64,000 nt of DNA. It comes from a virus. Shown here one piece after another: positions 31,007 to 39,997 of this stretch. The first letter of the stretch is position 1; each line of letters starts with the position of its first letter. The stretch lies in IMG/VR virus record IMGVR_UViG_3300031853_000030. One strand, given 5' to 3'. The position numbers and the translations under genes are program-made. A model generated the notes under the pieces. That model saw nothing but the letters and a program-made list of their open reading frames with translations, had not been told where the DNA came from and searched no databases.

Positions 31007-32707
31007 TTATTTATTTTCTTTATTTTCGTGTTCTTTTTTTCTATCTTCTGCTTCTTTAGCTTTCTTTTCGGCTTCTTCTTTGAAACTATAAGCTAAATCA
31101 TCTTCAAGAATATGTTTCTTTGCAGGATTAATTTGATAACCCATACGAGCCATGACATCACGATTTATAAGAACTTTTTGCTTCTTATTACGGTTATCAA
31201 CTAATGCAAATTCAACATCAAGAAGTTTACGAGAACCAACTTGAATACAAGGAATTATAACAGTTGTACGAGGTTCTGTTACTTGACCTACAATAGCTCT
31301 TGATTCACCAGCTTTCTTAAATTGATACTTCTTACCATCAATAGTTGCAATAACAAGGTTACCCTTATAATCTACTGAGTCACAACCAATTGTAGATGCT
31401 TTAGCACCATTACCTGTATCAAATTTAGCTTCAAATTCAAAGTCATCATCATTATCCATTGTAAATGTTACATTTTCAAGATAACCAATAGCCTTTGGAG
31501 CAAGAACTAATTCATTAACATCATTAATTTCATTAAGAAGAATTTCCATAAAGTTATCATCTATAACTTCTGAAATACCATCTGTACCTGGAGAAGCATT
31601 ATATTCAAGAACTACATTATCGCCAACTTCAGGATTTGAACCTTTTACAAGTGGCATAATATCTACAGCACACCAAGGCATACCTGATATTTTAGCAACT
31701 TTAAGTGCTATTTCTTCTTGTTCTGGTGTTAATTCAACCTTTTCTGCAGTAGCACCTAATGAAACATTAGAACGGAAGTCTCCACCAATTTTCTTACGTT
31801 TCATTTGAGCAAGTATCTTTTGGTGTGTTCTCATTGTCAATACATGAACACGAATATCTCCACCATCAGCTTCTTCTTTCTTTTGTACTAATAATTCACG
31901 TTCTTCATCAACAGCAAATACCATTTGAAGCATTGAAAGAATAGTCTTACCAGTTTGCATTGTTACACCAGTTCCACCATGACCATCAAGAATCTTTACG
32001 ACATATTCTTTTTCTTTATCCTTTTCTTCGTCTTTACCAACATCAGGATAAATGTCTTTAAGTTTCTTCTTAAGAGATTCTTCACCTTTAGCAATATCAT
32101 TTTTTGATATTAAAGTAAATCTTGGTTGAGGTATTTCATATCTCTCCAAAAGAACTGATGAACTATACTTATTAGAAGCTTTCTTTGCAGATTGTATTGG
32201 ATTGATAACGAAGAATCCCCAATCTTGAAGTTCTCTAATAAGTTCCATACATTCTTCTGAATCTTGAACGCCAAGACGTGTAATAACTATTGTATCAACG
32301 TTGGATTGCTCGTCAACTTTATATTTATTTTCATTATCATGCCATTCAATTTTGTCATCTGTTGCTTTATAATCAACTTCTTCAGCAACGAATGGGAATA
32401 TTTCAACACCTTTATTTTTAACAGCCTTTTCAAGATTTTTTAATGTTTTATTTGATTCTGAGCTACGATCATTAGTAAAGAAAAGTATGTTCTTAAAGAA
32501 ATACTTTTCATTGTCATCCTTAGCTTCACGAATAATATCTTCGTCATCTTTAATCAACTCTTCATGTGTTGACATGGCTTCAAGACGAGCCTTTTCCTCT
32601 TCAGCTTCTTTAATTTTCTGAGCTTCTCTTTTTTGTTTTACTGTTTCAAAAACTTTATTGACAGTAGATTCATCTCTATAGTCAATTATTTCACTTATGT
32701 TCTTCAT
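31007..32707 (-). CDS. RimK-family ATP-grasp ligase fused to RimB/retropepsin-like (DTG) protease domain
   Basis: ASNKY, IPQPR, VVKILDGHGGTGV, DIRVHV, FRSNVSLGA, CAVDI and LEYNASPG (RimK), then AKFDTGNGA...EFALVDNR...VLINR (RimK-associated aspartic protease). Confidence 0.85.
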   Translation of the reverse strand: MKNISEIIDYRDESTVNKVFETVKQKREAQKIKEAEEEKARLEAMSTHEELIKDDEDIIREAKDDNEKYFFKNILFFTNDRSSESNKTLKNLEKAVKNKGVEIFPFVAEEVDYKATDDKIEWHDNENKYKVDEQSNVDTIVITRLGVQDSEECMELIRELQDWGFFVINPIQSAKKASNKYSSSVLLERYEIPQPRFTLISKNDIAKGEESLKKKLKDIYPDVGKDEEKDKEKEYVVKILDGHGGTGVTMQTGKTILSMLQMVFAVDEERELLVQKKEEADGGDIRVHVLTMRTHQKILAQMKRKKIGGDFRSNVSLGATAEKVELTPEQEEIALKVAKISGMPWCAVDIMPLVKGSNPEVGDNVVLEYNASPGTDGISEVIDDNFMEILLNEINDVNELVLAPKAIGYLENVTFTMDNDDDFEFEAKFDTGNGAKASTIGCDSVDYKGNLVIATIDGKKYQFKKAGESRAIVGQVTEPRTTVIIPCIQVGSRKLLDVEFALVDNRNKKQKVLINRDVMARMGYQINPAKKHILEDDLAYSFKEEAEKKAKEAEDRKKEHENKENK

Positions 32708-32817
32708 ATTCAAAAAATATTGATTTGATGATAATTTGTTTTAGTAAAAATAATCAATAATATCGTAAATTATTTGGCGTTAATTTCTATTTTAATAACA
32801 AAACATATTGGATTAAT

Positions 32818-33378
32818 ATGAAACTTATAATTATCGAAGGTACTGATAATACAGGTAAGGACACAATAATTTCTAAACTTTTAGAGCGTTTTCCGACAAC
32901 CACTTTAATTCATTGCAGTAAACCATTTTCAAAGAAATTTTCTGACAAAGAGCAAGATCAATTATTCAAAGCTTATATTGATAATATTGTAAATGGTGTT
33001 TATGATTCTACACATTGTATTATAATGAATAGAAGTCATATTGGTGAATTTGTTTATGGTACATTATATCGTGATCGAACAGTTGATGACGTTGGTAAAA
33101 TGATAATTAAATTAAACGATAAATTAAATGAACGTAAAGATTTAGAGATTAGATATGTTCAATTAGTATGTACATCAAAAAAACTTCTTCAGAAAAATGA
33201 AGATGGAAAATCATTATCTGAAGGAGTTGATTATAAAATATCGATGGAAACAAGCAAATTTCAGGAAATTTTCAAATATTGTGATTTTCCTAAGAAATTA
33301 GTCTATGTTAATAATGGAGATGAATTTAGATCAAGAGAATCTATATTCAATGAAGTTTGGAAATTTATTGCTAATTAA
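32818..33378 (+). CDS. dNMP (thymidylate-kinase-family) kinase, probably hm-dCMP kinase
   Basis: LIIIEGTDNTGKDT P-loop and MNRSHIGEFVYG (DR-motif variant); directly upstream of the dCMP hydroxymethylase. Confidence 0.8.
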   Translation: MKLIIIEGTDNTGKDTIISKLLERFPTTTLIHCSKPFSKKFSDKEQDQLFKAYIDNIVNGVYDSTHCIIMNRSHIGEFVYGTLYRDRTVDDVGKMIIKLNDKLNERKDLEIRYVQLVCTSKKLLQKNEDGKSLSEGVDYKISMETSKFQEIFKYCDFPKKLVYVNNGDEFRSRESIFNEVWKFIAN

Positions 33379-33381
33379 AAT

Positions 33382-34182
33382 ATGTTAAACACAAGAGATA
33401 TTTTTAACATTTTTCTCGAGAAATATGAGAAAGGTGAATTTCGTACAATAGGTAATGCAGTTCAGCAATCAAAAACACTTGAAATTCAAAATGCACATTT
33501 TGAAGTTGATAAATGTTGGATTGTTCGTGAGCCAAATTATGAATATTATGAAAGAGAAAAGGAGTGGTATTTATCACAATCATTAAATGTAAACGATATA
33601 CCTGGTGAAACACCAAAAATGTGGAAAGCATGTGCAACACCAGAAGGATTAATAAATTCAAATTATGGTTGGTGTATTTATTCAGAAGAAAATGGTAAGC
33701 AGTTTGAGAATTGCAAGCAACATTTATTAGATGATCCACATACACGTGAAGCAATTATGATTTATAATCGTCCTTCAATGCAACAAGATTATAATAAAGA
33801 TGGAATGCATGATTTTATGTGTTGTCAAAATGTCCAATATTTCATAAATGAATATGATAAGGATAATGATTTACTTGATTGTATTGTAAATTTCAGATCT
33901 AATGATGCAGTATTTGGTTTTAATAATGATGCACTTTGGGCATGGGATGTTCTTCAAAAATTAGTTGAACAAATGAGATGGTTGTATCAACAAAAATATG
34001 GAAAAAATATAACTGAAGGAAGAATATATTGGAATGCAGGTTCACTTCATATTTATGAAAGACATTTTAAAATTTTAACAGATTTTGAAACTAAACAAAA
34101 TGTGTATAAATATTATGAAGAAATTGAACAACATCGAGCAATGTTAGATAAGATTGTAAAAAATCATAATAAAAGTATTTAA
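33382..34182 (+). CDS. dCMP hydroxymethylase (T4 gp42 homologue)
   Basis: Long near-identical blocks to T4 gp42 as I recall it: EWY.SQSL.V.DIPGETPK.W, INSNYGW, RPSMQ.DYNKDGM.DFMC, RSND.VFGF.ND (Asp specifying dCMP) and WN.GSLH.Y.RHF. Confidence 0.9.
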   Translation: MLNTRDIFNIFLEKYEKGEFRTIGNAVQQSKTLEIQNAHFEVDKCWIVREPNYEYYEREKEWYLSQSLNVNDIPGETPKMWKACATPEGLINSNYGWCIYSEENGKQFENCKQHLLDDPHTREAIMIYNRPSMQQDYNKDGMHDFMCCQNVQYFINEYDKDNDLLDCIVNFRSNDAVFGFNNDALWAWDVLQKLVEQMRWLYQQKYGKNITEGRIYWNAGSLHIYERHFKILTDFETKQNVYKYYEEIEQHRAMLDKIVKNHNKSI

Positions 34183-34185
34183 AAT

Positions 34186-34426
34186 CATCTACCCGGCTGC
34201 ATGGCGGCAAGCCGCACATGAACGCCGAGTAATTATCTATCTTCATTGTAGATCCAACCGGGAGATGCAAAGATGGCCAGGGCGAACCTAATATCCGAAG
34301 ACACCATAACATCGCAATTTGGCAAGCCAAAAGGATAAACCGATGCTAAAAGCCACCAAGGTAAAAATATCAGGACCGTAGTCAACCCCGACAAGACACT
34401 CCTTATACTACTTCGGAGGTTACCTT
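34186..34426 (-). ncRNA. putative ~240-nt highly structured ncRNA, antisense within the modification operon
   Basis: GC-rich island with no credible ORF. On the - strand there are two g(CUUG)c and one c(UUCG)g tetraloop hairpins, and several stems need G-U pairs (A-C mismatches on +). Confidence 0.65.
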
Positions 34427-34479
34427 ACATTTAATAATAAGTATTTCTGAACACAATGGTAAAAAATATAAATGATAAT

Positions 34480-35169
34480 ATGAATAAGCAAATATCAGCA
34501 TCAGTAATGTGTACCAAAAATTTGTTAAATTTGGAACACGATATTAAAGAGTTAGAAAATCTTGGTATAGACATGTTACATTTAGATGCAATGGATGGTC
34601 ACTTTGTAAATAATATTACATTTGGTCCTGATATTTTAAATGCAATACATCGTCTATCAAAAATTCCTTGTGATTATCACTTAATGGTTGATGATCCACT
34701 TATGTTTATTGAAAGATTAGAATTGTCAGAAGGTGATATTGTAACAATTCATGCAGAAATTAATAGTGTTAAATTTGATGAAACAATCAAATATCTTAAT
34801 TCTCTTAAAAAGAGAGGTATTAAAATTGGTGTAGCTATCAATCCTAAGACATCAATAGAAGGATTATATGAATATTTGAAATATATCGATATGATATTGG
34901 TAATGTTGATTAATCCAGGATTTGCGGGTCAACCAATTATTGGAGGTATTTTACAAAAGCCAATTTATGTTCGTCAATATTTAGATTCAATTGGTCGTGG
35001 AAATATTCGTATTTCTGTAGATGGTGGAGTATCACTTGAAAGAGCACATTTATTAGCTACTAATGGTGTAGATATTTTTGTTGGTGGAACATCTGGTCTT
35101 TTTGTAAAAGGACAATCATTAGAAAAAAGTGTCGAACAATTACGCGCTTCTATAAAAATTAATGAGTAG
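34480..35169 (+). CDS. ribulose-phosphate 3-epimerase family, AlsE (D-allulose-6-phosphate 3-epimerase)-type
   Basis: HLDAMDGHFV, DYHLMV and VDGG metal motifs; AlsE-like signatures SVMC, PGFAGQP and GTSGLF (RPE has PGFGGQ and AGSAIF). Start at 34480 or 34456. Confidence 0.8.
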   Translation: MNKQISASVMCTKNLLNLEHDIKELENLGIDMLHLDAMDGHFVNNITFGPDILNAIHRLSKIPCDYHLMVDDPLMFIERLELSEGDIVTIHAEINSVKFDETIKYLNSLKKRGIKIGVAINPKTSIEGLYEYLKYIDMILVMLINPGFAGQPIIGGILQKPIYVRQYLDSIGRGNIRISVDGGVSLERAHLLATNGVDIFVGGTSGLFVKGQSLEKSVEQLRASIKINE

Positions 35170-35209
35170 AAGTTACTATATTACTATTAACAATATTTAA
35201 ACATTAAGT

Positions 35210-36868
35210 ATGAAAGTATTTATAACAACTTCAGGTATTGGTTCAAGATTACTTGACCTTACTAAATATACAAATAAGTCAATGATTAAAATTGGTAAGC
35301 GACCAGTTATTTCTTATATTATTGACTCATATCCTGAAGATACTGAATTTGTCATATCATTAGGTTATTTTGGTGACCATGTTCGTCAGTATTTGTCATT
35401 AGCTTATCCAAATAAGAAGATACAACTTGTTGAAGTTGATAAATATGATGGTCCTGGTTCTTCACAAGTTTATTCACAATTACAGGCCGAAAAGTATCTA
35501 CAAGAGCCATTTATTTATCATGATTGTGATACTATTGTAGATAATTTACAAGAACAAATTCCAATGAATTTTGATTATAATTTCTTGGTAGGTTATGAAG
35601 CTCTTAATTCTGAATTGTATGATGCATTTGATTATGATGTTAATACAAGACTTAAGGGCAAATTTGAGTCATATAAGTTAATTAAGACTTATATGAAGCC
35701 AGATTCATTGGTAGGTATGTTGTCATTTATTGGTATTTGTGGTATTTATGACTATAAGACATTTTGGCAATATATGCATGAAGCTCTCAATAATGAAAAA
35801 ACTCCATACGACTTTTTGGTTTACCACAAATATGGAATGTTTAAAGATAATTTAAGAGCTATTAAAGTTGATAATTGGACAGATACAGGTAATATTGCAG
35901 GTGTCAAGAATGCTCGTAAAGCATGTAAAGATCAATTCTTTATTCTTGACAAAAATGACCAAGCAATATTTATCATAAACAATAAAGTAATTAAGTTCTT
36001 TGCAAAAGATGGCGTTGTTGATGATTTGATTGAGCATTATGATGCAATTAAAGATTTCTGTCAACCAATTACTGAACATACAAAGAATTTTTTGTGTTAT
36101 GATTATATTGATGCAGAAAATGCTATTGATAAAATGAATCCTGTTCGATTTAAGAAAGTAATGAACTATCTTAAGGACAATGATTTTTGGAAAGATAAAA
36201 TCGATGAAGTAGAAGATAATGTTTTTTTTTCTTCTATGGAAAAGTTCTATATTAAGAAAAATATAGATAGAGTAAATCAATTCAAAGATTTTTATAATGT
36301 TACAGAAGATCAGGATATTTATGTAAATGATGTTTTAATTCCAAAAGAGTGGACAATTGAACGAATGCTTAAGGAAATGATGAAATTACCTGAGTGGAAA
36401 AATTCATGTCCAAGTGGATGGCACGGTGATTTTGTACTTGATAATATGCTTTATGATAAAAAGAATGATAAGTACATTTTATTAGATTGGCGTCCTAATT
36501 TTATTGACATAGTTAAATATGGAGATAAGAATTATGATTTTGGAAAAATGAATCACAATATCACATTCAATTTTAATAGTGCATATAATGATTTATTCTC
36601 AATTGATGAGTCTGATCCTAACAATATTTACATAAATATTCTTTGTAATAATTATGTTTATGATTGTAAACAAGTGTTAAAAGAATTTGTAGAATATAAC
36701 TATGGTGTTAGATTCCCTTATATTGAAATGATTACTGGTGCATGTTGGGTAAGTATGTCTCCATTATATTTCCTTAATCCAGTTTCTAAGTTTTTATTCT
36801 ATATGGGTAAGTTAACATTATATGTGAATTTGATGAAATTACTTGGAAAAGAAATTATAACTAAATAA
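35210..36868 (+). CDS. sugar-phosphate nucleotidyltransferase fused to APH/choline-kinase-like phosphotransferase
   Basis: N-terminal TSGIGSRL...NKSMIKI, HDCD and WTDTGN; C-terminal WHGDFVLDNM...LLDWR...GDKNYDFGK (Brenner motif). Confidence 0.85.
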   Translation: MKVFITTSGIGSRLLDLTKYTNKSMIKIGKRPVISYIIDSYPEDTEFVISLGYFGDHVRQYLSLAYPNKKIQLVEVDKYDGPGSSQVYSQLQAEKYLQEPFIYHDCDTIVDNLQEQIPMNFDYNFLVGYEALNSELYDAFDYDVNTRLKGKFESYKLIKTYMKPDSLVGMLSFIGICGIYDYKTFWQYMHEALNNEKTPYDFLVYHKYGMFKDNLRAIKVDNWTDTGNIAGVKNARKACKDQFFILDKNDQAIFIINNKVIKFFAKDGVVDDLIEHYDAIKDFCQPITEHTKNFLCYDYIDAENAIDKMNPVRFKKVMNYLKDNDFWKDKIDEVEDNVFFSSMEKFYIKKNIDRVNQFKDFYNVTEDQDIYVNDVLIPKEWTIERMLKEMMKLPEWKNSCPSGWHGDFVLDNMLYDKKNDKYILLDWRPNFIDIVKYGDKNYDFGKMNHNITFNFNSAYNDLFSIDESDPNNIYINILCNNYVYDCKQVLKEFVEYNYGVRFPYIEMITGACWVSMSPLYFLNPVSKFLFYMGKLTLYVNLMKLLGKEIITK

Positions 36869-36877
36869 TTAAACAAT

Positions 36878-38227
36878 ATGAAGAAAGTATACGAAATTAA
36901 CAGAAAAGCAGAAAAGAACATTTTAATCGGAAAAATTGGTAAGTCAATTAAATTTAAAAATCTTGACATTCGTACTGGTGGTGATGCATGTATGATATTT
37001 TATTCATCAGTTGCTCGTATGAATCCTGAATTTAACTTCTTCTGGGTTGGTCCTAATCAAATGAATAAGTTGAGTGATGAAGAGTATGATTATATTTTCC
37101 CTAATCATAATGTGCATTCAGCTTACGGCGCAGATTATGAGGTAGAAGGAAAGCATCCATTTGCACCTATTCTTCAGTATTTTAAAGATAATGATATTAA
37201 GATTGATTTTGCACTTTTAATGTCAGGTATGTGCTCAGCAATTAATGTACCTAACTTTATTAAGAGTGATAAGACAGGAGAATATGTAAAGATTTTGAAT
37301 GCATTTAAGAATTATGTAGGTCCTTACATTTATACACTTAATGAGACTGGAGTTCCATTCTATCTTATTTCTGAAGATGCTCGCTATATAACAACAAATG
37401 CATCTGATTTATATAATCGTGAAAGAATTATTTTCACTCAGACAAATGGATATTTTGAGCCAGTAGAACATATTACATCTAAAACTGATTGGACTAAGAA
37501 GACCGAAAAGATTAAGTGTATTTATGGATTTGTTGAACGTATCTTTATGATGGGTCTTGACAAGAATTGGAAAGAAAATATTGATATTGACAGAAAACTT
37601 AATACTAAGGGTGAGCATCTTATTGTAATTTCAAATGGATGTGGTCAAAAGGATGTAAATAGAGCAAATGGTGGTAAGAGTTCACGTCTCCCAGGATATA
37701 AGAAATACATTATAGATAATCTTAAGGGTACCGAATTTGAAGGTACAAAGATTTATGGTACATGGGATGATAAGACATATGAAAAATATCCTCAAATTAT
37801 TGATAAGCCTCTTGTAGAACTTGATAATGAAGTTGCAGATGCTCGTTATTCATTGGTTTATTCAATTATGCCTGGATTTGTAACAGTTAAGGCATGGGAA
37901 ATGATTATAAAGGGATTGATTCCATTTATTCACCCAGATTATGATAAGGATCGTTTACTTGGTCTTCCTGAATATTGTTATCTTAAGGATGAGAAAGATT
38001 TGCTCAATAAAATGAGAGAACTTGATGCAGATAATGATAAGTATCTTAATCTTTTGAATGAATGTTTCGCATGTATTTCTGAAGATGATTTGAATGGTAA
38101 GAGAATGAATAACTTTATTTTCAATACTATTGCAAAAGATCTTGGATTTGACTATATTAATAAAGAAGGAGCAGAGTCAATATTTGACCACTTCTCTAAA
38201 AATGTATTTGATCCTAATAAAGTATAA
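36878..38227 (+). CDS. putative GT-B DNA glycosyltransferase
   Basis: 449 aa; N-terminal IGKIG...GGD, EDARY, and C-terminal YGTWD...VTVKAWEMIIKGLIPFIHPDYD (GT-B donor-binding-like); lies within the hmC operon. Confidence 0.55.
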   Translation: MKKVYEINRKAEKNILIGKIGKSIKFKNLDIRTGGDACMIFYSSVARMNPEFNFFWVGPNQMNKLSDEEYDYIFPNHNVHSAYGADYEVEGKHPFAPILQYFKDNDIKIDFALLMSGMCSAINVPNFIKSDKTGEYVKILNAFKNYVGPYIYTLNETGVPFYLISEDARYITTNASDLYNRERIIFTQTNGYFEPVEHITSKTDWTKKTEKIKCIYGFVERIFMMGLDKNWKENIDIDRKLNTKGEHLIVISNGCGQKDVNRANGGKSSRLPGYKKYIIDNLKGTEFEGTKIYGTWDDKTYEKYPQIIDKPLVELDNEVADARYSLVYSIMPGFVTVKAWEMIIKGLIPFIHPDYDKDRLLGLPEYCYLKDEKDLLNKMRELDADNDKYLNLLNECFACISEDDLNGKRMNNFIFNTIAKDLGFDYINKEGAESIFDHFSKNVFDPNKV

Positions 38228-38229
38228 TT

Positions 38230-38736
38230 ATGAAGAATAAATTTATAGTCGTAAGTGACGTTGATGGATGTCTTACCGATGGAGGATTATATTACACCTC
38301 CAGCGGTAAGATTATGAAGAAATTCGGTGTTGGTGATCATGAAGGTGTAAAGCTTTTAAAGAAAAACAATATTGATGTTGTTTTTATCACCGCAGATAAG
38401 ACAGGTCTTCCTATTGTAGAAAAACGTATGAGAGATATGTCAAATAGTGAACTTAAAGTTTTTTCTGAAGTTGAACGATTTGACTATATTCAATCTTTGA
38501 AAGATGAATATGAGGTAGTTGTGTTCTTTGGGGATGGACTTGGCGATATGAAAATTGCAGAATACAATGCATGTACTTATTTCGTATGTCCAAGACAAGC
38601 ACGTGAAGAAGTACAAGACGTTTCTGATTATGTTACTCAATATGATGGTGGACATGGAGCATTTTTAGACATGGCTATTTGGGTAGCACAAACATTACAA
38701 GGAGAAAATTATAAAGAATTATATGAACAAGATTAA
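38230..38736 (+). CDS. KdsC-like HAD phosphatase
   Basis: SDVDGCLTDG, MKKF, FITA, FFGDGLGD and GGHGAF. Confidence 0.85.
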   Translation: MKNKFIVVSDVDGCLTDGGLYYTSSGKIMKKFGVGDHEGVKLLKKNNIDVVFITADKTGLPIVEKRMRDMSNSELKVFSEVERFDYIQSLKDEYEVVVFFGDGLGDMKIAEYNACTYFVCPRQAREEVQDVSDYVTQYDGGHGAFLDMAIWVAQTLQGENYKELYEQD

Positions 38737-39997
38737 ATGGGCAGCCATTCAACCACTTACTGGTGGAATGTATCTTGGTGCAGAAGAAGCTTTTGGTTAT
38801 CCTGCAGAATGGATATTGACATATAATGGCTTAGATGAAATAAAAAGAAATAAAGAAGGAAACATTACAGCTGTTTCAAATGAAGCATATTTGCTTAATT
38901 ATCTTAAGAAGGTTAATCGCGAAGTTCCTTATTATAAGATGAATAGAGCAATGTTTGATTGCAATGTTGACGATATGAATCCTGAAATTACTTTAGATGG
39001 CGAAATCGCTACACCTGATTATAATGTCGATGTAGTAGTTGCAGTGCCAGTATGTTCAGGTCTTTCGATGGTAACATCTGCTAAAGATGATACTAAGAAT
39101 GAACGTAATTGCAATATGTTATATCTTGTTAAATTGGCTTTAACAACAATTAGACCAAAGATTTATTTGTTTGAAAATGCACCAACTTTAATGGGATTCA
39201 GAGGTGATGAATTACGTAAGCAATTCGAAAAGATTGCATCAGAAAATGGATATGTAGTAGTTTATTATAAGACTGATACATGGAAGCATTATAATTGTCA
39301 AAAGAGACCACGTACATTTGTAATGTTTGTACAAAAAATTAATGATGAGTCAAAGGTTCCAACATTAGATTTTGTTGACAATAAAATGACAATTGAAGAA
39401 TTTTTTGCAAATATTCCTGAAGGATTAGAAAATCAAGATGAATGTGAAGCATTACCACATAACTACATGGTTATGGATTTCTTTAAGAAGAAATATGGTG
39501 ATAAATGGATTGATAATATCGATGGATGTTTGATGAAAAATATTGTTCAACGTAATCTTATCAATGAACTTTTGGAATTTATGGAATCTTATGATAAAAT
39601 GACTCCAGAAGTAAAAGAAAAGACTCGTAATTATCTTGAGCATATTCGTAAGAAAACTTCAATGGGATTGAGTTGGTATGGTTCAGATTGTTGCTATTAT
39701 AAAGAGCATTTCCCAGCAATTCAATTTAGAAGTATTACAACTACAATACACCCAAGTGGTGAACGTATGTGTAATGTAAGAGAATATCTTGAACTTATGG
39801 GTATGCCACATGATTTTGAATGGTTTGGTGATAAGGGAAATTGGCCTAAGATTGGACAAAATGTTCCTGTTAAAACAGCTAAATTCTTAACTGAACAAGC
39901 AATTAAAGTAGTTCAAAATTGGAATAATGATTCACGACAAGATGGTTCAGTAATATTTTTTGACAATACAAATAATCATATTAAGAAAATAGCATGA
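38723..39997 (+). CDS. divergent C5-cytosine DNA methyltransferase family protein
   Basis: Motif IV VPVCSGLS, motif VI FENAP, motif VIII QKRPR, motif IX ERMCNVREYLELMG.P and motif X IGQNVP. Motif I is degenerate (QPLTGG). Confidence 0.75.
   Translation: MNKIKWAAIQPLTGGMYLGAEEAFGYPAEWILTYNGLDEIKRNKEGNITAVSNEAYLLNYLKKVNREVPYYKMNRAMFDCNVDDMNPEITLDGEIATPDYNVDVVVAVPVCSGLSMVTSAKDDTKNERNCNMLYLVKLALTTIRPKIYLFENAPTLMGFRGDELRKQFEKIASENGYVVVYYKTDTWKHYNCQKRPRTFVMFVQKINDESKVPTLDFVDNKMTIEEFFANIPEGLENQDECEALPHNYMVMDFFKKKYGDKWIDNIDGCLMKNIVQRNLINELLEFMESYDKMTPEVKEKTRNYLEHIRKKTSMGLSWYGSDCCYYKEHFPAIQFRSITTTIHPSGERMCNVREYLELMGMPHDFEWFGDKGNWPKIGQNVPVKTAKFLTEQAIKVVQNWNNDSRQDGSVIFFDNTNNHIKKIA

Noticed and set aside
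33382..34182. ordinary thymidylate synthase ThyA
   Set aside because: It has the gp42-type DFMC and FGFxND (Asp) signature rather than the ThyA LPPC and GxPFN (Asn).
34091..34330. 79-aa minus-strand ORF
   Set aside because: Atypical composition; overlaps the hydroxymethylase and the structured GC island, so it is likely a shadow ORF.
34186..34426. tRNA, tmRNA, RNase P or group I intron in the thymidylate-synthase-like gene
   Set aside because: No cloverleaf/T-loop, no GAGGAAAGUCC and no convincing P7. The upstream gene is complete (ends past the GSLHIY motif), so it is not interrupted.
35210..38736. host LPS/capsule (Kdo) biosynthesis island or bacterial contamination
   Set aside because: Same AT content and promoter motif as the phage genes, flanked by gp42 and AGT homologues, and no KdsA/KdsB or export genes.
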